Below are positions 1 to 9,712 of a DNA stretch of 64,000 nt, piece by piece (the stretch's first letter is position 1; each line of letters starts with the position of its first letter). The stretch spans positions 10,349-74,348 of the forward strand of contig JBALUX010000001.1 of assembly GCA_036963725.1 (NCBI GenBank). Direction: 5' to 3'. The position numbers were made by a program, and so were the translations under genes. This DNA comes from Parasphingorhabdus sp. (lineage in GTDB: Bacteria; Pseudomonadota; Alphaproteobacteria; Sphingomonadales; Sphingomonadaceae). The notes beneath the pieces are model-generated. The model did no database searches. It saw only the letters and a program-made list of their open reading frames with translations, and was not told where the DNA came from.

Positions 1-1116
1 AATATCCAGATTAATCGTGACCATCTGGAGCGCCCGGGCAATGTTGTCATTGATCGTCCGGCCGATGACGCCATGATGGCAGCGCTGACAAGCTGGGCGC
101 AGGCGGCGACGCGCAACGGCAATCATTTCTGGGCCCAGATCAGTCATGCCGGACGGCAGACGCAAAGCAATGTCAACAAACATCCCAAGGCCCCGTCAGC
201 GGTCAAACTGGGCCTGCCCGGCGGGCAATTTGGCGAGCCGGTGGCGCTGACGATCGAAGAGATTGAGGAACTGGTCGACCGGTTCGCGCTGGCGGCGAAG
301 ACCTGTCAGGCGGCGGGATTCACCGGCGCGCAAATCCACGCAGCTCACGGCTATCTGCTGAGCAGTTTTCTCAGCCCCCGGTCAAACCAGCGGACCGACG
401 AATTTGGCGGAAGTCTGGAAAACCGTGCGCGTTTCCTGCTGGCGGTGGTGGCCAAGACACGCGCCGCGGTCGGGCCGGATTTCCCGATCTCGGTCAAGCT
501 GAACAGCGCCGATTTCCAGAAAGGCGGGTTCAATTTCGAGGACAGCCTGCAAGTGGTCCGGTGGCTGGAGGAAGCCAGCGTCGATCTGGTCGAAATCTCC
601 GGCGGCACCTACGAACAGCCCGCGCTGATGGGCTCCGACGGGATCGAGGAAAAAGAGGAGCAGAATGTCGCGCCGTCGACCAAGGCACGCGAGGCCTATT
701 TCGTCGATTTCGCCAAGGCGATGCAGGATGCGGTCAAGGTGCCGCTGATGGTGACCGGCGGTTTCCGGACCCGGGCGGCGATGGAATCCGCGCTTTCCAG
801 CGGTGCTGCCGACCTGATTGGTCTGGGTCGTCCGATGTGCGTGATGACCGATGCGCCGAAGCGTTTATTGGAAGATTTGGAGGCATTGCCGCGGTTCGAG
901 GACAGGCTTCACCTGCTCCCCGACTGGCTGGGCTTTCTCATGCGGTTTCAGATGGTTAAGGCGGTCGCCAGTTTCGCGGTCATCTTCTGGTTCTACGAAC
1001 AGCTCGAAAACCTGGGCAAAAACGGCAAAACCGATCCGGATCTTAGCGTTTTCCGGGCATTTCAGGCCGTGGAGAAACGAAACAAGCGCATTTTGGCAGC
1101 ACGCAGCCCGGACTGA
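1..1116 (+). CDS. NADH:flavin oxidoreductase (Old Yellow Enzyme family), 5'-truncated by window edge
   Basis: Frame is open from base 1; OYE motifs QISHAGR, HAAHGYLLSSFLSP, RTDEFGGSLENRARF, GLGRP. Confidence 0.9.
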   Translation, partial: NIQINRDHLERPGNVVIDRPADDAMMAALTSWAQAATRNGNHFWAQISHAGRQTQSNVNKHPKAPSAVKLGLPGGQFGEPVALTIEEIEELVDRFALAAKTCQAAGFTGAQIHAAHGYLLSSFLSPRSNQRTDEFGGSLENRARFLLAVVAKTRAAVGPDFPISVKLNSADFQKGGFNFEDSLQVVRWLEEASVDLVEISGGTYEQPALMGSDGIEEKEEQNVAPSTKAREAYFVDFAKAMQDAVKVPLMVTGGFRTRAAMESALSSGAADLIGLGRPMCVMTDAPKRLLEDLEALPRFEDRLHLLPDWLGFLMRFQMVKAVASFAVIFWFYEQLENLGKNGKTDPDLSVFRAFQAVEKRNKRILAARSPD

Positions 1117-1153
1117 TCCGGACCGCGCGCCTGCCTGTCGGAAATTACCGCCG

Positions 1154-3133
1154 CTAGATATTGGTGCTGGTCGGGATCTGGCTCGGTTGCAGATAGACAT
1201 AAGGATGCATCCGCCGCTGGTTGCGCGCGATGATCCTTGATTCCACTGCTCTCAATCCGGCCTGGAAGCGCGCCAATGGCCCTTCTTCGTCGGTAATCAC
1301 CGGATCCTGGAACCAGGGTTTATAGGGAAAGCGGTTGGTGCGATAATCGCCGAGCGGGCGGTAATAGACCGACCCGAGCAGTTCCAGTGAAGACAATTGC
1401 AGCAATCCCAGGGACATGGGCGGCATATATTCGATCCATTCGTCCTTGCTGTGACCCGTTTGCCCGGTGGGCGCAGCGGTCCAGCCCGCTCCAGTAACCG
1501 CGGGGGCAAAGGTCATCAATGTGCGCTGCGGAAAATTGACCGCCGCATGCTGGGCACTGGCGGTGAAGATGATCATCGTGCAGACATCGATCAGCTGGGC
1601 GCGGGAGGTAATCGGCTTGAAGCCGACGATATGGCCTTCCGAAGCGATCGATGAAACCCATAAGGCCAGTTCGCTGTCACCGGTCACGGCCTCGTCATCG
1701 GCGTAATAGATGTTGATATATTGCGCTGCCCAGTCGTGGATCGCATCCCAGACCAGCAATGCATCATCGCGATAGGGATAGTCCGGCAGACTGGCCAGAT
1801 CGGCAACCTTGCGCTCGGCAAAATCGACCGGGGTCATTTTCTTGTAAAAGTCGAAACGGAGACGGGCCTGTACCGCCGCCAGCTGGCTGGACTCGATGGT
1901 GCCACCAAAAAAGTCGTCAATCGGCCCGCCCTTGTTGATCAGGGTTTTTACCGCCAGATTGTTTATGAACAATGTGCCTTCAAAATGCGGCACCAGCAGA
2001 GACCAGAGCGGATGGACATTGGCAAGGTTGCGGCGGGTTGCCACCGCAATGGCTTCGCTGACCAGATGGGTGCCGGCGAGATGGACGAACAGTTCGTGAT
2101 AGTTGCAGTCGGCGACCTGAACGACGAATTTCGCCATTTCCCAGCCCCATTTTTCCGACGCAGAATCGGACGGGATCATCACCGGATATTGGCTGTTGTC
2201 CTGCCCGCACTGGATCGCGACCGGTTTGAGCGACGAACCGCCCGGCGGGACGGCGAAAAGCGCCATCGGCCGGTAGACATATTTCGCATGGCCTTTCCAG
2301 ACACCGGCAACAAGTACCTCCAGGTCTGTGTAATCACACAGAAATACCCGGCCATCGGCCAGTGCCCTGGTCAGACTGTCACCGCCCATGACCGCCGCAT
2401 ATTGCGCGGCCGTTACCGGAAAATTTTCCGGGATCTGATCAATGCCTTGCAGCAGCATCGGATTGGGTCCGGCCACTCGCAGCCGGGCAAATTCGTCATC
2501 ATTCTGAAATGTATAAGCGATCCCGGGAACCGGGAGCGTCTGATAGAGATCGCGATAGGCCTCGATCGAGCGCGTATGTGCAACCTCTTCGGCTTTCAGC
2601 ACGTCGATAATCACGGTGATAATATCGCGCAGGGCGCTATCATGCGCCTTCAGTTCTTCGATATCCGCCCCCTGAACGGCTTCTTCGATGCTGCTTTCGA
2701 GGCCCGGCCCGGCATTTGCCACCCGGTGTTTCTCGCGCAATGCTTCCACCTTGGCGGTAATCTCGCTGGCGTCTGCGAGCGCGTCGCTGATGATCTGCTT
2801 CGCCGCTTCGCTGAGACCGGAATATATCGGCTTCTGCAGCACCGCCTTGACGTTTTCCAGTATCGCGGTGCCGACTTCGAGCACCTTGAACCACCACTCG
2901 ATCGAGGGCTGGTCATCGGGCGGCACGTGCGTGGCCAAAGGCACGCCGGGCAAGCTGGCGATATCGGTTGTCCATTGATATTGTGTCGAGGTCGCGTTGA
3001 TCTGTTCCCGGCGCTGTGCGCGCTCCTGCTGGCTGTCATTCTGCGGCAGGCTGGGATCGATTGCGCCGCGCTTCGCCGCCTCTCCTGTGACAATATGAGT
3101 AGGGACGATCGAGCTAGCGTTTTCAAAGGACAT
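1154..3133 (-). CDS. Lipoxygenase
   Basis: WxxAK (WEMAK), YHELFVHLAGTHL, QHAAVNF, DYPYRDD and C-terminal STNI with terminal Ile iron ligand. Confidence 0.93.
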   Translation of the reverse strand: MSFENASSIVPTHIVTGEAAKRGAIDPSLPQNDSQQERAQRREQINATSTQYQWTTDIASLPGVPLATHVPPDDQPSIEWWFKVLEVGTAILENVKAVLQKPIYSGLSEAAKQIISDALADASEITAKVEALREKHRVANAGPGLESSIEEAVQGADIEELKAHDSALRDIITVIIDVLKAEEVAHTRSIEAYRDLYQTLPVPGIAYTFQNDDEFARLRVAGPNPMLLQGIDQIPENFPVTAAQYAAVMGGDSLTRALADGRVFLCDYTDLEVLVAGVWKGHAKYVYRPMALFAVPPGGSSLKPVAIQCGQDNSQYPVMIPSDSASEKWGWEMAKFVVQVADCNYHELFVHLAGTHLVSEAIAVATRRNLANVHPLWSLLVPHFEGTLFINNLAVKTLINKGGPIDDFFGGTIESSQLAAVQARLRFDFYKKMTPVDFAERKVADLASLPDYPYRDDALLVWDAIHDWAAQYINIYYADDEAVTGDSELALWVSSIASEGHIVGFKPITSRAQLIDVCTMIIFTASAQHAAVNFPQRTLMTFAPAVTGAGWTAAPTGQTGHSKDEWIEYMPPMSLGLLQLSSLELLGSVYYRPLGDYRTNRFPYKPWFQDPVITDEEGPLARFQAGLRAVESRIIARNQRRMHPYVYLQPSQIPTSTNI

Positions 3134-3180
3134 GATGACTCCCGCACTGGATTTCAGACCCGATCATGTATAACGATCTT

Positions 3181-3198
3181 GGTTAATTTGACGTAAAC
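3181..3198. promoter_or_regulatory. Possible LiuR-like operator upstream of lipoxygenase
   Basis: GGTTAATT-TG-ACGTAAAC versus consensus GTTTACGT-WW-ACGTAAAC; right half perfect, left half 5/8. Confidence 0.35.
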
Positions 3199-3298
3199 GA
3201 TGGCAATGAAAACCGGCTGTAAGTGCCTTGAAAGCTGGCATTAGGCGAAGGTCGGCAAGCTTAACGCGACATTTACATTTAGCCGTTAGCAAGTCCGC

Positions 3299-4459
3299 AT
3301 GCATTCTACTATTCGACAGTTTTTACACCAACTAATCCCGCCGATCCCGGAAGCTGTCCGCGACGAATTTGCGATATTGAGCGCAACGCGTCTGCAAAGC
3401 CAGTCACGCGCCCTCTTTCTGGCAATGTTCCTGACCATCCCCTTCGTGCTTTATGCCTCCAGCGTCGGGGCCGAGCCCTGGATCCGCTATGGGATGCCGC
3501 TCGCCATGGGCAGCTTTTGCCTGATCGGCTTCATTTCGCTGATCAAGGATCGCAATGCTTCGGGCAGTCCGGATCTCGCGCGCCAGTTCATTGGCGAGGC
3601 AACGTTCTTTTCCGCCACGATATGCGTTCTGGTCAGCATCTGGTGCGTACTCAGCTACGTCAATGCGCCAGACGATATGAAGCTCTTCTATCCCTTCACC
3701 CTCGCCATGGGTTCGCTGACCACCATTTATACGCTGGCGACGATCCGCCTGGCTGCGATTCTCAACATCATCATCGGGATCATGCCGATCACCATCATTC
3801 TGCTGCTGTCGGGCGATCCTCTGGCCTGGTCGGCTGCGGCCAGCCTGATCATGGTAACGACATTCCTGTACCGGCTGATCACGCAGCAGAACGACCAGTT
3901 CATCCACATGCTGATCCTGCAACATGATATGAGCGAACTGGCCCATACCGATCCGCTGACCGGCCTGTTCAACCGCAGGGTCCTGGCTGAAAATCTGGCG
4001 CGCCAGATCAAGGAAGAAGATCACGAGCGCACATTCACGGTCGCTCTGCTTGATCTCGACGCGTTCAAGCCGGTCAACGACCAGTTCGGCCATGCCGTCG
4101 GAGATCAATTGCTGATCGAAGTCGCCAGACGGCTTCGCCAGACCTGCGGCGAAAACGGTATTGTCGCGCGCATGGGTGGCGATGAATTTGCCATTTTGCT
4201 ATCACCGGACTCGACGATTCCCGACACAGCCTGCGCTGACCATTTGCTGGCCGCACTGGTCCCGCCCTGCGTCGTTCAGGATCATATCATCCGGGTCAGG
4301 GCCAGTATCGGTATCGCCACCTGGCCCATAGACGGAACAACTGCAAACAGCCTGCTCGAAGCCGCGGACAAACAGCTTTACGCGGTAAAAAACTATACTG
4401 CCAAAGCGCAGGTTTTCGTTTCGAAAAAAGCCGAAAAGCTCCGCTCAACAACCGGCTAA
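3299..4459 (+). CDS. Membrane-bound diguanylate cyclase
   Basis: Several TM helices, then DPLTGLFNRR, DLDAFKPVND and ARMGGDEF; no RxxD I-site. Confidence 0.9.
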   Translation: MHSTIRQFLHQLIPPIPEAVRDEFAILSATRLQSQSRALFLAMFLTIPFVLYASSVGAEPWIRYGMPLAMGSFCLIGFISLIKDRNASGSPDLARQFIGEATFFSATICVLVSIWCVLSYVNAPDDMKLFYPFTLAMGSLTTIYTLATIRLAAILNIIIGIMPITIILLLSGDPLAWSAAASLIMVTTFLYRLITQQNDQFIHMLILQHDMSELAHTDPLTGLFNRRVLAENLARQIKEEDHERTFTVALLDLDAFKPVNDQFGHAVGDQLLIEVARRLRQTCGENGIVARMGGDEFAILLSPDSTIPDTACADHLLAALVPPCVVQDHIIRVRASIGIATWPIDGTTANSLLEAADKQLYAVKNYTAKAQVFVSKKAEKLRSTTG

Positions 4460-4480
4460 CCGCCGCTTAATGCGTCTCTA

Positions 4481-6160
4481 CTATTCCAGTTCCTCGGTCC
4501 GCAGCGCCTTGCGGTCCAGCTTGCCGATCATGGTCTTGGGCAGGCTGTCGCGGATCACGACTTCCACCACCCGTTCGTGCTTGCCCAGTTGCGGGTTCAG
4601 CCAGTCTTTCAATTCTTCGCCGGTAACCGTTTGATCAGGTTCCAGCGCGACATAGGCCTTGGGACTTTCGCCGCGATAGGCGTCTGGCACGCCGAGCACG
4701 AGGGCTTCCTTGACCGCCTCATGCTTGTAGAGAACCTCCTCGACCTGGCTCGGGAAGACCTTGAAGCCGCCGACCGAAATCATGTCCTTCAGCCGGTCGA
4801 CAATCTTGATAAAGCCGTCTTCGTCAATCGTCGCGACATCGCCGGTGCGCAGGAAGCCGTCGACGAACACCTCTTCATCTTCCTCCGGCAGGTTCCAGTA
4901 TCCCTGCATCACCTGCGGGCCGGAAAATATCAATTCCCCGGGTTCACCCTCGGGAGCAGGCTTTGTCGGATCAGCCTTGTCGACGAGCTTGACCAATGTC
5001 CCGGGAACCGGCTGGCCAATGGTGCCGGTCTTGTCGTGCCCCGCATAGGGATTGGCGCTGACCACGCCGCAGCTTTCGGTCAGGCCATAGCCCTCGATCA
5101 GCTTGGCGCCGGTCTTTGCCTCGAACTTCTGCTTCAGTTCCAGCGGCAGCGGCGCTCCGCCCGACACGCAGACTTTGAGCGAGGAGAAATCGGCCTTGTC
5201 GATATCGGGATGGTCAAGCAGGGCCTGATACATGGTCGGCACGCCAGGCATGGCGGTGATCTTGGTCCGGCTGATTGACTTCAATGTCTGCTTGGCGTCA
5301 AAGCGCGGCAGCATGACAATTTCCCCGCCGCGTTCGACCGTGCGGTTGAGCACGGCGCTATTGGCGAAGACGTGGAAGAAGGGCAGCACGCCCATCAGCC
5401 GGTCTGCCTCGTCCAGATAGGGATCAATCGCGTTGATCTGCCGCGCGTTGGCGGTCAGATTCTGGTGGCTGCACATCGCGCCCTTCGGCGTTCCGGTGGT
5501 GCCGCCGGTATATTGCAGCAGGGCAATATCCTTGTCCGGACGGATATTCGGCGCTTTGTAGAGGCCGTCATTGTCGATCAATTCGGAAAAAGGCGTGATC
5601 CGGACATCATCCGGTTGTGGACTGTTCTCCTTGCGCCGGAACAGCGAATAGAACAGCGCCTTGCCCGCTGGCAGCGCGCCGGCAATGCTGCCCACTACCA
5701 GCCGTTCGAGGCTCGATTGCTCGAGCACCTCATAGGCGGTCGGAAATAAGGCGGTCGCAGAAAGCGTGAACAGGATTTTGGTACCGCTGTCCTCGACCTG
5801 ATGATTCAGCTCCTCCACCGTATAGAGCGGCGAGAAATTGACGACCGTCGCGCCGATCGCCATCGCGCCATAATAAGCGCTAACATAATGGGGCACATTG
5901 GGCAGGTACAGGCCGATCCGGTCGCCCTTGCCAACGCCCATATCCTGCAGCCCCTTGGCGACGCGGACCACACCGGCGGCCACTTCGCTATAGCTATATT
6001 TGCGACCCATGAAGTCGAGCAGATTCGCGTCCCCGCGCCGGCCCGCCGAGCGGAAGAACATTCCGGGCATCGACAAGGGCGAGTAGAATTGATCCCAGGG
6101 CGTGGGATGATTATAATGCGATTTCCAGATCGGTGTCTGGTCAGGATGGGTTTCAGTCAT
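4481..6160 (-). CDS. Long-chain fatty-acid--CoA ligase
   Basis: AMP-binding motifs YTGGTTGTPKG, EGYGLTE, RTGD, DRLKDMI, GKLDR. Confidence 0.9.
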   Translation of the reverse strand: MTETHPDQTPIWKSHYNHPTPWDQFYSPLSMPGMFFRSAGRRGDANLLDFMGRKYSYSEVAAGVVRVAKGLQDMGVGKGDRIGLYLPNVPHYVSAYYGAMAIGATVVNFSPLYTVEELNHQVEDSGTKILFTLSATALFPTAYEVLEQSSLERLVVGSIAGALPAGKALFYSLFRRKENSPQPDDVRITPFSELIDNDGLYKAPNIRPDKDIALLQYTGGTTGTPKGAMCSHQNLTANARQINAIDPYLDEADRLMGVLPFFHVFANSAVLNRTVERGGEIVMLPRFDAKQTLKSISRTKITAMPGVPTMYQALLDHPDIDKADFSSLKVCVSGGAPLPLELKQKFEAKTGAKLIEGYGLTESCGVVSANPYAGHDKTGTIGQPVPGTLVKLVDKADPTKPAPEGEPGELIFSGPQVMQGYWNLPEEDEEVFVDGFLRTGDVATIDEDGFIKIVDRLKDMISVGGFKVFPSQVEEVLYKHEAVKEALVLGVPDAYRGESPKAYVALEPDQTVTGEELKDWLNPQLGKHERVVEVVIRDSLPKTMIGKLDRKALRTEELE

Positions 6161-6175
6161 TGACGTTTACGTAAG
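6160..6175. promoter_or_regulatory. Putative LiuR-like operator abutting the acyl-CoA ligase start
   Basis: TTGACGT-TT-ACGTAAG near-palindrome, 2 mismatches to TTTACGT-WW-ACGTAAA. Confidence 0.55.
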
Positions 6176-6255
6176 TGAAGCGGCGTGAACTGACAATGAA
6201 AATTGCGCGATAATGGGTTCCCTTTCCTTTTGCCGAGCGTGTAGGGCAAAACCGC

Positions 6256-7539
6256 ATGGCCGATTCCACTCCCACCCCCACAGCCAAATCATCGCTGGTC
6301 TTCGTATTTCTCGTCGTGCTGATCGACATGCTCGGCTTCGGTATCATCATGCCGGTCCTGCCGAAGCTGATCACCAGCATCACCGGGGACACGCTTTCAG
6401 GGGCGGCGGTCTATGCCGGATGGCTCGCTTTTGCCTATGCCGCGATGCAATTTGTCTTTGGTCCGATCATCGGCAATCTGTCTGACCGCTTTGGCCGGCG
6501 GCCGGTGCTGCTCGGCGCGCTTGGCGGCTATGCCATTGCCTATATGCTGATGGGATTTTCCGCTTCCATATTATGGCTGTTCGCCGCGCGGATCATCGCC
6601 GGGGTGATGGGCGCCAGTTTCAGCACCGCATATGCCTACATCGCCGATATTTCCCCGCCGGAAAAACGGGCACAGAATTTCGGCCTGATCGGCGCAGCCT
6701 TTGGCCTGGGGTTCATCATCGGTCCGGCGGTTGGCGGCATATTGGGCGAATATGGCACCCGCCTGCCCTTTTTCGCGGCGGCCGCGCTCGCTGCGCTCAA
6801 TCTGGTCTTCGGCTTTTTCATGCTCAAGGAAAGCCATCCTCGGGAAAAACGGCGGCCATTCGACATTGCCCGCGCCAATGCGGTGGTCGCGCTCAGGGGG
6901 TTGCACGGACAGAACAAGATCGTCTTCTGGTATGCCACCGCGCTGACGGTCTGGATGACCGCCCATGTCGTCTATCCGATCATCTTCGCCTTTTACGCCA
7001 TGGAAGCCTTTGGCTGGAGCGAATGGACCGTGGGCATGGCGCTCGCCTGCGTCGGTATCGGCGCCGCCATCGTGCAGGGCCTTTTGATCCGGGTACTGAT
7101 CCCGCGCATCGGCGAGCGCAACGCCGTGATCATCGCCGCTCTGTCCATGGCGATCAGTTCGATCTTCTATGTCGTCGCCGGCCCCGATCAGGGATGGCTG
7201 ATCTTTCTCGCGATTCCGGTGGGCTCGCTGCAAGGACTGTTCCAGCCTTCGATCAACGGCCTGATGAGCAACGCGGTATCCGATGAAACGCAGGGCGAGT
7301 TGCAGGGGGCCGTGGCCAGCCTGCAAAGCATGGCCTCGGTCATCGGTCCGCCGCTATTCGCCGCCGTTTTCGCGGCCTTCACCGTGGCGGGGAGTGTCTA
7401 CTATCTGCCCGGCGCGCCGTTCGGGCTGGCGGGGTTTGTGTCACTGGTCGCACTGGCGATATTCCTGCGCGGCTATGCCCTGCACTGCACCAGCGACGAG
7501 GTCGAACCGCCAGCGGATGCCAAGTCGATCCCCCATTGA
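6256..7539 (+). CDS. MFS transporter, TCR/Tet (DHA1) family
   Basis: 12 hydrophobic segments; GNLSDRFGRRPVL, AYIADIS, GFIIGPAVGG. Confidence 0.9.
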   Translation: MADSTPTPTAKSSLVFVFLVVLIDMLGFGIIMPVLPKLITSITGDTLSGAAVYAGWLAFAYAAMQFVFGPIIGNLSDRFGRRPVLLGALGGYAIAYMLMGFSASILWLFAARIIAGVMGASFSTAYAYIADISPPEKRAQNFGLIGAAFGLGFIIGPAVGGILGEYGTRLPFFAAAALAALNLVFGFFMLKESHPREKRRPFDIARANAVVALRGLHGQNKIVFWYATALTVWMTAHVVYPIIFAFYAMEAFGWSEWTVGMALACVGIGAAIVQGLLIRVLIPRIGERNAVIIAALSMAISSIFYVVAGPDQGWLIFLAIPVGSLQGLFQPSINGLMSNAVSDETQGELQGAVASLQSMASVIGPPLFAAVFAAFTVAGSVYYLPGAPFGLAGFVSLVALAIFLRGYALHCTSDEVEPPADAKSIPH

Positions 7540-7577
7540 CCCGGAATAGCGTTTAGCAGATTTACCAGTCGCGGAGA

Positions 7578-8696
7578 TTATGCTGCGCTATACCAGGCGG
7601 TGCCGTCCTTCATCTCGAGACGGGCGCGGCCGGTATATTCCAGATGGCGGAGCGTCGCCATTGCCTCGCCGCTGGCCATGCCAATGACGTCCGGCGTGAT
7701 CGGACGGCGGAACAGATAGGGAAAGCTGTCGACCACCCTTTTCGGGCTTTCGCGCAGGCCCTGCTCGAGATCATCGAGCGCTTCATTATGCCGTTCGGCC
7801 AGCGCGTCAAGCCGCTGATGCGCGCCGAGGAACGGGCGGCCATGGGCTGGCAGGACGAGCAATTCATTGTCCAGTTCGGCGCGGAAATGCGCGATACTGG
7901 CCAACCATTCGCCGAGCGGATCGCTGGTCGGTTCGCTGAGCATGGTCGAGATATTGGAAGTGATCCGCGGCAATATCTGGTCGCCGGAGATCATCACCTT
8001 GGCGCTGTCGTCGATCAGGCAGGCATGTTCGGGCGTGTGGCCGTTGCCGATCATCACTCGCCATTCATGGTTGCCGGTGCGCACTCTTGTACCCTCTTCC
8101 ATGCGGATATGGCCGATCGGCAGATCGGACACGGCGCGGGCGAAACGGCCCCAGCCCTTTTTCGCGAAATCGTCGATCAGATGCTGTTCCCAGCCGCAGA
8201 ACTGCCACTCGTCGAGCGCCTCCTGCGGCACGCCGTCGCGCTTGTCGGCGAGCAGCATACGGGTCAGCAGCCACTCGGTCCGGTTCATGTGCAGGGGCGC
8301 CTTGAACCGGTTGGCCAGCCAGCCGGCGCAGCCGACATGGTCGGGATGATAATGGGTGACGATAATCTTGGTCGCGCTCTGACCGTGCAGCGCGCCTTCG
8401 TCGAACAGATGCTTCCAGGCGTCGATCACCTCGGGCATGAACAAGCCGGTATCGGCTATCGCAAATCCCTCGCTGCCGTCTTCATGCCGGTCGGCCAATA
8501 TCCAGTTGTTGATATGGCCCAAAGGTCCGGGCACCGGCGTACGGGTCCAGCCGATGCCGGGCATCAGCTCGAAATATTCGCCATATTTCGGTTCATAGTC
8601 GCCGAGCGGATAGGTCAGGCCATCCGATTCAATCGGATCGAAACCATGATCGGCAAGCATGGCATCATAAGCGGGAGGTTTTCTGGGAGCATCCAT
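7578..8696 (-). CDS. MBL-fold metallo-hydrolase
   Basis: THYHPDH, GHTPEH, SGDQILP, LPAHG; start placed at internal ATG (MDAPRK). Confidence 0.85.
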   Translation of the reverse strand: MDAPRKPPAYDAMLADHGFDPIESDGLTYPLGDYEPKYGEYFELMPGIGWTRTPVPGPLGHINNWILADRHEDGSEGFAIADTGLFMPEVIDAWKHLFDEGALHGQSATKIIVTHYHPDHVGCAGWLANRFKAPLHMNRTEWLLTRMLLADKRDGVPQEALDEWQFCGWEQHLIDDFAKKGWGRFARAVSDLPIGHIRMEEGTRVRTGNHEWRVMIGNGHTPEHACLIDDSAKVMISGDQILPRITSNISTMLSEPTSDPLGEWLASIAHFRAELDNELLVLPAHGRPFLGAHQRLDALAERHNEALDDLEQGLRESPKRVVDSFPYLFRRPITPDVIGMASGEAMATLRHLEYTGRARLEMKDGTAWYSAA

Positions 8697-8803
8697 GGGT
8701 CGGTCATAGACCCATGGTGAGGACAAGCGCAAGGCAGTTTAATCGGATAGTTAAACCCGGTTTTTGATAGGGCTGGAGACACTAGGTCTCGCTGCCTAAA
8801 CGG

Positions 8804-8828
8804 AAAAAGCCAGCGCTCTCGCGCTGGC
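8804..8828 (-). terminator. Intrinsic terminator after DUF1013 gene
   Basis: GCCAGCGC-TCTC-GCGCTGGC hairpin with U-tract on minus strand. Confidence 0.7.
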
Positions 8829-8875
8829 GTTCACCTTGTTTCGCTATATTGTCCGTTCGGACAAAAGCCTGTCGC

Positions 8876-9583
8876 CTAGCGATCCTTGAAGAGCGTTTCA
8901 GCTGTATGCTCGACCGGTGCCGCTTCTTCGTCGCTTTCGCCCGACAATGCCGCTTCGGCATCGCGAACCGCTTGTGCGCGTTCTTCGTGCAGTTCGGCAA
9001 TCAGCGCTTCCTTGTCGCCGCCGAGCTTGGTGTCATCGGCCATTTCCGGTTCGATGCCAGCCTTTTTCGCAGCCTTGGCGACCACTGCATCAAGCTCGCG
9101 CTGCGAACAGAGACCGAGGGTCACGGGATCTTTGGGTGCGATATTGGCGATATTCCAATGCTCGCGATCGCGGATCGCACTGATCGTGGTGCGAGTGGTG
9201 CCGATCAGCTTGCCGACCTGCGCATCGGAAATTTCCGGGTGGTTGCGCAGCAGCCAGGCGATGCCGTCGGGCTTGTCCTGACGCTTGGAAACCGGCGTGT
9301 AGCGGGGTCCCTTGGTGCGGCGAATCTGGTCCGGCCCCTTCTGGATGACCATGCGGTAATTCGGATCTTTCTCGGCTTTCTCGATTTCTTCGTGAGTCAG
9401 TTCGTGCGCCTGTACCGGATCGCGTCCGGTATATTTGGAGCTGGCGAGATCATCCGCCATCGCGTTGACTTCGAGAATATGGATACCGCAAAATTCGGCA
9501 ATCTGGTCAAAGCTGAGCGCCGTATTGTCCACCAGCCAGCTGGCGGTTGCGTGCTGCATGAGAGGGGTTGCTTGTTCGGCCAT
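8876..9583 (-). CDS. trcR: DUF1013 protein (TrcR-like cell-cycle transcription factor)
   Basis: PLMQHATASWLVDNTALSFDQIAEFCG and KGPRYTPVSKRQDKPDGIAWL are characteristic of DUF1013. Confidence 0.85.
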   Translation of the reverse strand: MAEQATPLMQHATASWLVDNTALSFDQIAEFCGIHILEVNAMADDLASSKYTGRDPVQAHELTHEEIEKAEKDPNYRMVIQKGPDQIRRTKGPRYTPVSKRQDKPDGIAWLLRNHPEISDAQVGKLIGTTRTTISAIRDREHWNIANIAPKDPVTLGLCSQRELDAVVAKAAKKAGIEPEMADDTKLGGDKEALIAELHEERAQAVRDAEAALSGESDEEAAPVEHTAETLFKDR

Positions 9584-9630
9584 GATGGCATCCTTCTGAT
9601 AACTGGCGTTTTTACGCCAGCGATACTATA

Positions 9631-9663
9631 AAAATAAAGGGCCGCCCCCTTGCGGAGACGGCC
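9631..9663 (-). terminator. Intrinsic terminator after glycosyltransferase
   Basis: Minus-strand GGCCGTCTCC-GCAA-GGGGGCGGCC followed by TTTATTTTT. Confidence 0.6.
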
Positions 9664-9712
9664 TGTTGGAAGCTTATGTAGGTTATCTGGAGAGAGTCGG
9701 CAAGATATTTGG

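Noticed and set aside
1721-3196. Long antisense ORFs (also 14958-16196, 9650-10786, 7644-8720, 19347-20450, 53412-54311)
   Set aside because: Shadow frames opposite well-supported genes in GC-rich DNA; no recognisable motifs.
1-6160. Jasmonate-like pathway (LOX + OYE + acyl-CoA ligase)
   Set aside because: The genes are not co-transcribed, no allene oxide synthase/cyclase is present, and OYE and ligase are common genes.
6256-7539. Acquired tetracycline resistance gene
   Set aside because: Family-level similarity only; no tetR or mobile context.
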